The notes under the pieces were generated by a model that was given only the letters and a program-made list of their open reading frames with translations, did not search any database and was not told where the DNA came from. Shown in pieces: positions 20,546 to 27,510 of a DNA stretch of 27,510 bases. Source of the DNA: an uncultured Nitrososphaerota archaeon (GTDB lineage Archaea; Asgardarchaeota; Njordarchaeia; Njordarchaeales; Panguiarchaeaceae); assembly GCA_964636085.1 (NCBI GenBank), contig CAZWPQ010000029.1, positions 1 to 27,510 on the forward strand, given 5' to 3'. A program made the translations under genes and the position numbers. Every line of letters begins with the position of its first letter. Within the stretch, counting starts at the first letter, position 1.

Positions 20546-22714
20546 CTAGATTATAACATCGATAAAACTAAACACCCTAAGCATATAGTCCCAACTTCCC
20601 GTTGCTAGAAGTTTACCATCTGGAGAAAAAGCCACTGACACCACACCACCTACGTGTTTATACTCAAATATCCTTCTCCATGAGTTTACCTCGAATACTC
20701 TAAGCATTTTATCCTTGCTTCCAGTTGCTAGAAGTCTACCATCGGGCGAAAATGCCACAGAATACACGGGGCTTTTATGTTTATATTCGAATATTATCTC
20801 CCACGACCCAATTTTGAATACTCTAAGTATACCGTCCCAACTTCCAGTTGCGAGATATTTATTCTCTGGTGAGAAAGCAACAGAAAAAATATCGTACTCA
20901 TGATTGTGTTTATATATAATCCTCCATGTAGTAGTTTCAAATACTCTAAGCATATTATCTCTACCTCCCGTTGCTAAATATTTACTATCAGGCGAAAAGG
21001 ATAGGGATAATATTGCAGCTCCATGTTTATGTCTATATACTTTTTTCCACGAACCAATCTCGAAGACCCTAAGTATGTTATCAGCGCATCCCATCGCTAG
21101 ATACATATTGTCTGGCGAGAATGCTACAGAACATACGGAGCCTCCGTACCCCTTTATAAATATTGCTGTCCATGTAGTAGTTTCAAATACTCTAAGCATA
21201 TTATCTCTACCTCCCGTTGCTAAATATTTACTATCAGGCGAAAAGGATAGGGATAATATTGCAGCTCCATGTTTATGTCTATATACTTTTTTCCACGAAC
21301 CAATCTCGAAGACCCTAAGTACATTGCCCCAGCTTCCAGTTGCGAGATATCTACCATCAGGTGAGAATGCTACGGAGAGCACGGTACCTTCACACTTATA
21401 CTCGAATATTCTTTCCAATATTGTTTCTACTTTATTGTGGGCACGCAATATCTTTTGTATTGTTTGTGGTGTTGTTTGGTATAGTTTTGCTATTTTCTGC
21501 ACTATGTCTTGTACTAATTGTCCTCTGTATTTTTCTGTTGTTTGTAGTATATGTTGGAGCGTTATTTTTGGGATTGCTGTGTCTCCAATGATTTCTATGT
21601 TTGTTGGTGGCTCTATGTTTATTGTTCCAAGCGTCACTATGGTTCCTGTTTTCCCTATTATTTGTAGTGCCTGTAGTATTAGCTGTGGTTTTCTCAGTGT
21701 GTGTGCTAGTGGTGTTCCTTTTGTAGCAAGTCTTATTGCCTCCACTATTAGTTCTTGTGTTGGGTTGTCTAGGTAGTAGATTTTTTCTCCTATGGCTACT
21801 ATGTCTTGTCTTGGTATTTCTCTTATTATATCTACTACCGTTTGCGGTTCTAGGCCCGTGTTTTCCGCTATTTCTCCTATTGTTGTGTATCCTCTATTCT
21901 TGTATGTTTCTAGGATTCTCAATACCCTCTCTATGGGTGGTAGTAGGTCTATACCTATTGGTATTGATTGTCTTTCTGTAGCTTTTTTTGTGGCTATTTT
22001 CAGTGCTTTCTTTAGGAGCATTGTGTTTGGCCATCTCTTTTCCTGTTCTGGCTGCAGACACTTGTCTATTACTTTTCTTATGGGTTCTGGGGTTTTTCTG
22101 TATGGCTGGTGTTCTCCCAGGAGTATTTCCGCCTCCCAGTCCTCTGTGAACGCCTGTTTTCCTTCATATATTTCGTATATTATTGTTCCGAGCTGGAATA
22201 TGTCTGTCTTCTCGCTTATTTCTCCATATTCCCCATATATTTGTTCTGGGGCGGCATATTTTGGCGTGTATGTCTTTTTTCCCATGCTCCTTAGTGCTGC
22301 ACCTTCGAAGTCTATTATTCTTATTTTCCCGTCTTCCCCAATGAGTATGTTGTTTGTGTTTAGGTCTCCATGGACTATCCCCCTTCTATGCATGCATTCT
22401 ATTGCCTCGATGATCTGCATTATTATGTTCCCTGCTTCCGCCAGAGATATTTTCGGTATTATTTCCCTGAGTGTAGTTGGTGCATATTCGAATATTAATG
22501 TTGGGTTTTGTTGTGTTGGTTTGTTGAGGAGTCTTATTATTCCTGGACAGTCCGCTAGTTTTTCCAGAATCCTTGCCTCAAGCAGTAATAGATTCATTAT
22601 TTCTGGCTTTACTGTCTCCTCGATCCTCTTGACAACGTATTTTTCTCCATCCTTCTCTATGAGGAGTACCGATATGCCTAATGGGCTCCTCTTCAGAACC
22701 CTAAGAACCCTCAT
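20546..22714 (-). CDS. Hanks-type Ser/Thr protein kinase - winged helix - 7x WD40 repeat protein (kinase A)
   Basis: YVVKR (beta3 Lys), LLEARIL (alphaC Glu), HGDLNTNN, IIDFE, YAAPEQ, KTDIFQLG. wHTH-like TTIGEIAENTGLEPQTVVDII. Seven 41-aa WD40 units (SVAFSPDG.YLATGS.D..LRVF). Likely start is ATG 22714, aligning with the paralogue (ORF track starts 22756). Confidence 0.92.
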   Translation of the reverse strand: MRVLRVLKRSPLGISVLLIEKDGEKYVVKRIEETVKPEIMNLLLLEARILEKLADCPGIIRLLNKPTQQNPTLIFEYAPTTLREIIPKISLAEAGNIIMQIIEAIECMHRRGIVHGDLNTNNILIGEDGKIRIIDFEGAALRSMGKKTYTPKYAAPEQIYGEYGEISEKTDIFQLGTIIYEIYEGKQAFTEDWEAEILLGEHQPYRKTPEPIRKVIDKCLQPEQEKRWPNTMLLKKALKIATKKATERQSIPIGIDLLPPIERVLRILETYKNRGYTTIGEIAENTGLEPQTVVDIIREIPRQDIVAIGEKIYYLDNPTQELIVEAIRLATKGTPLAHTLRKPQLILQALQIIGKTGTIVTLGTINIEPPTNIEIIGDTAIPKITLQHILQTTEKYRGQLVQDIVQKIAKLYQTTPQTIQKILRAHNKVETILERIFEYKCEGTVLSVAFSPDGRYLATGSWGNVLRVFEIGSWKKVYRHKHGAAILSLSFSPDSKYLATGGRDNMLRVFETTTWTAIFIKGYGGSVCSVAFSPDNMYLAMGCADNILRVFEIGSWKKVYRHKHGAAILSLSFSPDSKYLATGGRDNMLRVFETTTWRIIYKHNHEYDIFSVAFSPENKYLATGSWDGILRVFKIGSWEIIFEYKHKSPVYSVAFSPDGRLLATGSKDKMLRVFEVNSWRRIFEYKHVGGVVSVAFSPDGKLLATGSWDYMLRVFSFIDVII
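20923..21321. repeat. Exact 153-bp direct repeat (20923-21075 = 21169-21321) within the WD40 array of kinase A
   Basis: Base-by-base identity; spacing of 246 bp equals two 123-bp WD40 units (WD2 and WD4 nearly identical). Confidence 0.95.
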
Positions 22715-23418
22715 TGCGTCGTCCCAGAGACACCAGGAATACATATAGAAATCCATTATAAAAAAGTTGTGGAGACAAAATATTGTTTCCCTAACTCCAT
22801 AGATTTGGTGTGGCTGTCTGCCATTTTTAACTCAAATTTGCATATATGTAAAGGTCTCTTGAGTTTATTGGGGAGGCTGTGGGGAGCCTAATGAGAAAAT
22901 TAAGGACCCTCACAATAAACCCTTCCAAGAACAGGGAAGTTATACTTGCCGAAATGAATGGGAAAAAAGTCGTAGTGAAGCAACCCATAGGGACTGTTAG
23001 CCCAAGCGAAATAAACATATTTCTTGGCGAGGCAGAAATACTAACGAAAGTACAGGAATGCCCCGGAATAATCAGACTTATGAACCCCCCAGGCAATATA
23101 CCAATGATAATCTATGAGTATGCACCAAAGACACTAAGAGAGATAATACCAAGCCTAGGGCCGGACCGAGCAAGTGAGATAATAAGACAGATAGTGGATG
23201 CAATAGAATGCATACACAATAGGGGAATAATCCATGGTGATCTGAACCCAGACAACATACTCATTGGGGAAGACGGGAAAATAAGAATAATAGACTTCGA
23301 AAGCTCGGCAAGAAGAAATCTTGGCCAGAGGACATTCACACCAAAGTATGCGGCCCCAGAACAAATAAGCAGCGAGTATGGAGAAATAAGCGAGAAGACA
23401 GACATATTCCAGCTCGGA
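22187..23418. repeat. Inverted repeats formed by the two divergent kinase domains
   Basis: 22304-22353 is the exact reverse complement of 23252-23301 (50 bp). 22187-22228 is the exact reverse complement of 23377-23418 (42 bp). Confidence 0.9.
22715..22890. promoter_or_regulatory. Divergent promoter region shared by the two kinase-WD40 genes
   Basis: 176-bp gap between head-to-head ATGs. Minus-strand TTTTATAA near 22755-22762. GGGGAG RBS before ATG 22891. Confidence 0.5.
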
Positions 23419-24441
23419 GCAATAATATATGAAATATACGAGGGAAGGACAGCATTCACTGAGGAATGGTATAACGAGATAACACAGGGAAAACATAGAC
23501 TATTTCAAAAAACACCACCACAGATAAGAGAGATAATAGATATGTGCCTAGAGCCAGACCCGGAGGATAGACCAACAATAAAACAGCTAAAAAGAATGCT
23601 GAAGATAGCTATGACGGCACAACTAGCAATAACAATAGACATGAAAAAACCGCCAATAGAGAGGGTGAGAGAATACATTGAAAAAATAATAGACAAGCCC
23701 ATAGCAATAGGAATAGAAAAACTAGCCCAACAACTAGGACTAACACCACAACAAATAAATGCAGCAATAAACATACTTACAGCAGAATACCCCATCGTAA
23801 TCATAGAACAAAGAATAGTCACACCAAAAGCACTAATAAGAATAGCGACAAAGACACAGAAGCCCCTAGCAGAAATGCTCGCAGGGAAAATGCTGCCAAC
23901 AACATACTGGCAGGCAATACTAAAACAGATAGAGGATATGGGAACAGTAGTACCATTCGGAGACCCACTAGAAACAAGAGCGGCAGAAAAAACAGAAAAA
24001 ATAAAAGCAAACGTAGATATTATAGCGGGGTATGCAGTACCAAAAACAACACAACAAACAATAAGAAAATACCTCCAAAACAGAACAATAACACAACAAC
24101 TAATACAACAAACAGCAACAGCACTAAACATACCGCCACAAATAATACAACCAACAACAAACCCACCACCAACAACAATATTCGAGCACGAGCACGGAGA
24201 CGCTGTGTTGTCTGTGGCCTTCTCACCAGATGGCAGACTCCTAGCAACAGGAAGCTACGACAAGATGCTCAGGGTGTTCGAGGTTGGGTCATGGAGAACA
24301 ATACAAGAGCACAGGCACAGAGGCGTTGTGTTGTCTGTGGCCTTCTCACCAGATGGCAGACTCCTAGCAACAGGAAGCTCGGACAAGATGCTCAGGGTGT
24401 TTAGTGCTGTGTTTTTGGGTGTTATTCGTGGTTTCATATGA
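22891..24441 (+). CDS. Hanks-type Ser/Thr protein kinase - winged helix - WD40 protein with only 2 WD40 repeats (kinase B)
   Basis: VVVKQ, LGEAEIL, HGDLNPDN, IIDFE, YAAPEQ, KTDIFQLG. wHTH-like IGIEKLAQQLGLTPQQINAAI. Two units VLSVAFSPDGRLLATGS.DKMLRVF. ATG 22891 follows GGGGAG (ORF track starts 22879). Confidence 0.9.
   Translation: MRKLRTLTINPSKNREVILAEMNGKKVVVKQPIGTVSPSEINIFLGEAEILTKVQECPGIIRLMNPPGNIPMIIYEYAPKTLREIIPSLGPDRASEIIRQIVDAIECIHNRGIIHGDLNPDNILIGEDGKIRIIDFESSARRNLGQRTFTPKYAAPEQISSEYGEISEKTDIFQLGAIIYEIYEGRTAFTEEWYNEITQGKHRLFQKTPPQIREIIDMCLEPDPEDRPTIKQLKRMLKIAMTAQLAITIDMKKPPIERVREYIEKIIDKPIAIGIEKLAQQLGLTPQQINAAINILTAEYPIVIIEQRIVTPKALIRIATKTQKPLAEMLAGKMLPTTYWQAILKQIEDMGTVVPFGDPLETRAAEKTEKIKANVDIIAGYAVPKTTQQTIRKYLQNRTITQQLIQQTATALNIPPQIIQPTTNPPPTTIFEHEHGDAVLSVAFSPDGRLLATGSYDKMLRVFEVGSWRTIQEHRHRGVVLSVAFSPDGRLLATGSSDKMLRVFSAVFLGVIRGFI
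24204..24401 (+). repeat. Near-identical 123-bp-period WD40 tandem repeat in kinase B
   Basis: 24204-24278 versus 24327-24401 match at 73 of 75 bases; the two mismatches fall in one codon (TAC/TCG, Y/S in GS-x-D). Confidence 0.95.
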
Positions 24442-24997
24442 TTTGACTTGTGTTGGTGTTTGTTTTGGTGTTTTTGTCTATTACTTCTTTTTTGTTTTTT
24501 ATCCGTTTTTATGGGAATAATGCGGTATTTGTGGGGTGGGTACTTAGTGATGTTGGTTTTTTCTGCTGTAAAGTTTTTTGTTCTTAATACACGTAGGCTG
24601 CATTGATCTATTTTTCGCTTATATGTGTTGTTCTGTGCTTATCATGCTTGTTGGAGTGTGGGGCCTTCTTTTTTCTGGTGCTCTCAGGTTGTAGCTTTAA
24701 ATGTGCTCTTTTTGGTGGATCCTGCGGTGTGGGGTGGGTGTTTTGTTGTTGCATCTTTGTGTATGCTTTTTTCCTTTGTTTTTAGGGTTTGAGTGTAATA
24801 TTTATTGTGTTTTTTGTCTTGCTTATAGTATCATGTTTTATTTGATCCTGTTTTGGGTGTGGGGTTATTTTTTCTTGGCTTTGCTTTTAGGCCGAATATG
24901 GTGGATTCTATGTAGATTTGGTGCAATTTTGTAGCTTCTACTATTTGCTCGTGGAGAGAAATTATATAAAAAACCACTATTATTGGTGAAGGATTCT

Positions 24998-25475
24998 ATG
25001 GAATCAGAATATGTTGAGGGTATAGTAGTTTATGCTAGGATTCATACTTCATATCGTTCTGGATATTCCACGGGTATTGGACATGAGTGTGGTATAGTAA
25101 AAATACGTGCCGCGGGGGGCTTCTTTATCGGAATGAGGTTTAAAGGTTATACAGGATTCGTCACAATATCAAAACTCCACAGTATAAGGGCATATTGAGG
25201 GTATCTTACAAGGTACATCTTTGAAAGGAAAAATTGAAGACCTAACAACGGGTGAATATTGGACATTCGTATCTCGATTCAATGCAGACATTCTGCTGGG
25301 GACATTATTAACATTTCTAGTAACATTCATTTCACTTAGATTTTTTGCAATAATGGAGACATCTTCTTTCTTTCTCTAATTTTTCCCATCACCAATCCTC
25401 ATTCTAATGATAAAAGTAGTTGTTTATCAAATGCTCCTTCAAGTCAAGATAAGGGAATCATATGAGACATTATAG
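24998..25475 (+). pseudogene. Probable frameshifted small membrane-protein gene of unknown family
   Basis: TATA-like ATTATATAAA (24961-24970), GGTGAAGGA RBS and ATG 24998. The ORF stops at 25198, but protein-like reading continues in other frames: GHIEGILQG...ADILLGTLLTFLVTFISLRFF, then PILILMIKVVVYQMLLQVKIRESYETL*. Confidence 0.4.
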
Positions 25476-25751
25476 TGGAGACTTAACCCCTAAAACTCCT
25501 AAATAGGGATAGGTCGTGAAAGTGCATTGGTTTAGAGTAACAGGCTCCTACAACACGGAGGCTAGACTTGGCACCACCATTGGTTTAAAAGCGTATTTTT
25601 TATATATTATAGGGGGAGAAAACCCCAAACATACGACCTAGAAAACCCTGATGAAAGTAAGAGAGATATCATTTTTAAACCCCAATCATTAACACTTGGC
25701 GTCTGGGTGTCGAAATATCCGCAGTATTGTTGCATGATCTTCTAGTAGTGA

Positions 25752-26075
25752 TTATTCTCTCTTTATAGCTATGGTCGTATTATTTTTGGTGGCTATCTCT
25801 AGGGCTTTACTAAATTGTGACTTGACGAGCTCGAGCATATTTTTTGGGTCATTTAATTGCTCCAAATATATTATTGGATGGATATTAATGTATCTTAGAA
25901 AGTCGGAGTCGCATGTCAAGAGAACAGCTTGTTTCTCTTTCGCAAGCTTTAGGAGTTCTTTATTTTTTATGCCTCTAAGCGACGGATCTTCCGCTATAAA
26001 CATTACATGATGACCGATTCCTCGGAGATATCTGACTATTACTCTAGGTACATTTTCGTCGGCGATAATATACAT
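25752..26075 (-). CDS. DUF5615 / Mut7-C-type PIN-like toxin (VapC45-like)
   Basis: IIADENVP...LRGIGHHV...A...AVLLTCDSDF; directly downstream of DUF433. Confidence 0.88.
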   Translation of the reverse strand: MYIIADENVPRVIVRYLRGIGHHVMFIAEDPSLRGIKNKELLKLAKEKQAVLLTCDSDFLRYINIHPIIYLEQLNDPKNMLELVKSQFSKALEIATKNNTTIAIKRE

Positions 26076-26076
26076 G

Positions 26077-26304
26077 CTAGGAAACCTTTACCTCCGCCAA
26101 TAGTTTCTCCCCCTTTTTCAGTTTCTTGTATATGGTCTCGATTATATGGAGTGAGACCGATGGGTATTCCTCATGAACCTGCTTCGGGGTATAGCCATTC
26201 TTCAACATCCCAATTATTACGCTTACTGGAACCCTTGTCCCCCTAATCACAGGCTTTCCATGGCAAATTTCTGGGTCAGAAACAACGAATACCTCATCAC
26301 TCAT
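26077..26304 (-). CDS. DUF433 antitoxin (VapB45-like)
   Basis: VVSDPEICHGKPVIRGTRVPVSVIIGMLKNGYTPKQVHEEYPSVS signature; GGGGGT RBS. Confidence 0.93.
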   Translation of the reverse strand: MSDEVFVVSDPEICHGKPVIRGTRVPVSVIIGMLKNGYTPKQVHEEYPSVSLHIIETIYKKLKKGEKLLAEVKVS

Positions 26305-26609
26305 ATGTACCCCCTATATCGAAGACATGGCCTATATTAAGAATATATTAAATAACTATAGATATAATATAAAATTTACCAGTCTCAATTAGGACTCTTG
26401 TACATACACCATGGCCTCAATTATGGTTTCTTTCCGCTTCATTGTACCCCGCCAACCATAGATGCTGTTTCACTCAACCATATAACCAATAACCCTTAGA
26501 TCTGAACACATAAATAATCGACCTAGACCACACTAATCTCCCTCAGGAATCCTCGAACGACAACTCTTCCCAGCCATTTTCACTGCACATACTATATCGG
26601 TCTAGATAT

Positions 26610-27070
26610 TTATGACTTCGCACTTTTAGAGATCTGTACTTGGAACCAAAAACTCAAGCATTCCCACGTCGAGCCTATGTTCCTCAGCCACCCAGCCCAG
26701 CTATTCTGAATCCTAAGCCAATCCCATAAACATTTAGTTATTATTGTTGCTATATTATTTCTCATCACCATAGCAACGTGAACCGTGTCATAGGTAACTC
26801 TAGATTTTATCGCAATATCCCTCGCAATCTCAAGGGCTTCCCTATCCATATCTAAACTTTTTAGGGGTAAGTTGAGATAATGCTATGATGCTTCATAGGC
26901 TACTATGGGATTTATTTTTGATAATGCCCAAAGAGCTCGAAGAGGATAAATTTCGAGCCATATCCCCTCCTACTCTTCACCCATGAGCATTTGGAGAACT
27001 TTATAACACTTGTCGAGGAATTCCGGGTGATTATCGCCACGTAAACATAGATGTTTGTGTCAATAAGCAC
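26610..27070 (-). pseudogene. vapC: Degraded PIN-domain (VapC) toxin gene
   Basis: Reconstructed across frames: VLIDTNIYVYVAI / HPEFLDKCYKVLQML / GYGSKFILFELFG / ALSKINPIVAYEAS*HYLNLPLKSLDMDREALEIARDIAIKSRVTYDTVHVAMVMRNNIATIIT. At least three frameshifts plus in-frame stops. Confidence 0.8.
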
Positions 27071-27321
27071 TCGCTTCCCTCTCAAGGTTTTCTTCAACAA
27101 GCTTCACCGCATTAATCCTTTTTAGTCAACCAAGGATACGATTAGCTATCGTTGCAAGACCTTCTAGCATCTTTCTATAGTTTATAGGTTTAATCACGAT
27201 CCTATCCCCATCTACTTCTACTAACAATCTATCGCCTATTTTTATGCCCAGTTTCTCCCCTAACACCTTTAGGGATCGTTATTTGGTATCTTCTAGTAAC
27301 AATAACTTTTTTAATCTCCAT
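27060..27321 (-). pseudogene. vapB: Degraded AbrB/MazE-family (VapB) antitoxin gene, absent from the ORF track
   Basis: MEIKKVIVTRRYQITIPKGVR, then a frameshift at a G4 run, then EKLGIKIGDRLLVEVDGDRIVIKPI...RILG*LKRINAVKLVEENLEREASAY*. Overlaps the PIN GTG start. Confidence 0.85.
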
Positions 27322-27510
27322 AACATACTACCGTAGAACATGAATAAAATTGAGGAATAAAAAAGCACACATTGAACAAACCATATAGAGTATCATGCAT
27401 CTTACGATCCCATATGAGTTTTCTAGATAGGATAAACTGTTCTTTCATCAATCCGTTAATATGGATGATATAGTCATCACGAAAAAACAACACTTAGAAT
27501 TAATATTTTG

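Noticed and set aside
20904-22748. Long antisense ORFs (290 and 318 aa; also 23505-24131, 17194-17697, 17980-18429)
   Set aside because: They shadow well-supported genes on the opposite strand. Strand-biased composition and repeats deplete antisense stop codons, and the translations have no recognisable motifs.
20546-24441. Diversity-generating retroelement (TR/VR pair) explaining the WD40 near-repeats
   Set aside because: No reverse transcriptase in the window. Differences between copies are not confined to adenines of one copy (e.g. C/T and C/G changes). All copies are in-frame coding blades.
24603-24934. Two short hydrophobic Cys/Phe/Leu-rich ORFs as membrane peptides
   Set aside because: Expected by-products of the T/G-rich tract; they overlap each other in different frames and have no convincing RBS.
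26400-26600. Additional AbrB-like remnant on the minus strand (VKMAGKSCRSRIPEG)
   Set aside because: Too short and degenerate to distinguish from chance.
16066-27510. Integrated mobile element or provirus carrying the island
   Set aside because: No integrase, transposase, terminal repeats, att-like duplication or viral structural genes were recognised within the window.

Overview
Archaeal-looking accessory region (about 35-40% GC by eye; ATA/AGA/AGG-rich codons, GGTG/GGAG ribosome-binding sites, TATA-like boxes; taxon cannot be fixed from sequence). The left half (1-16065) encodes large cell-surface proteins: a 5'-truncated, C-terminally anchored S8 subtilase, a NosD-like beta-helix protein, a 4-TM protein with a probable bPH domain, and a 1835-aa DxDxDG Ca-binding repeat protein with a hydrophobic helical C-terminus. 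It also holds a frameshifted remnant of an MbxL/MbsL-like (NuoD family) gene. The right half (16391-27321) resembles a defence/signalling island. It carries a STAND/NACHT-like P-loop NTPase with a C-terminal FHA domain and two divergent paralogous non-RD Ser/Thr kinase-winged helix-WD40 genes. Their WD40 repeats show recent DNA-level homogenisation and vary at propeller top-face positions. Three toxin-antitoxin modules are interspersed (HEPN-MNT, DUF433-DUF5615, decayed AbrB-PIN). The best candidate for an undescribed system is a kinase-WD40 sensor plus FHA-STAND NTPase phospho-relay, resembling eukaryotic NLR/kinase innate immunity. A strong A+C versus G+T strand skew flips at both WD40 arrays. 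No rRNA, tRNA, CRISPR array, integrase, transposase or reverse transcriptase was recognised. All domain calls are from motif recognition by eye, not database searches.
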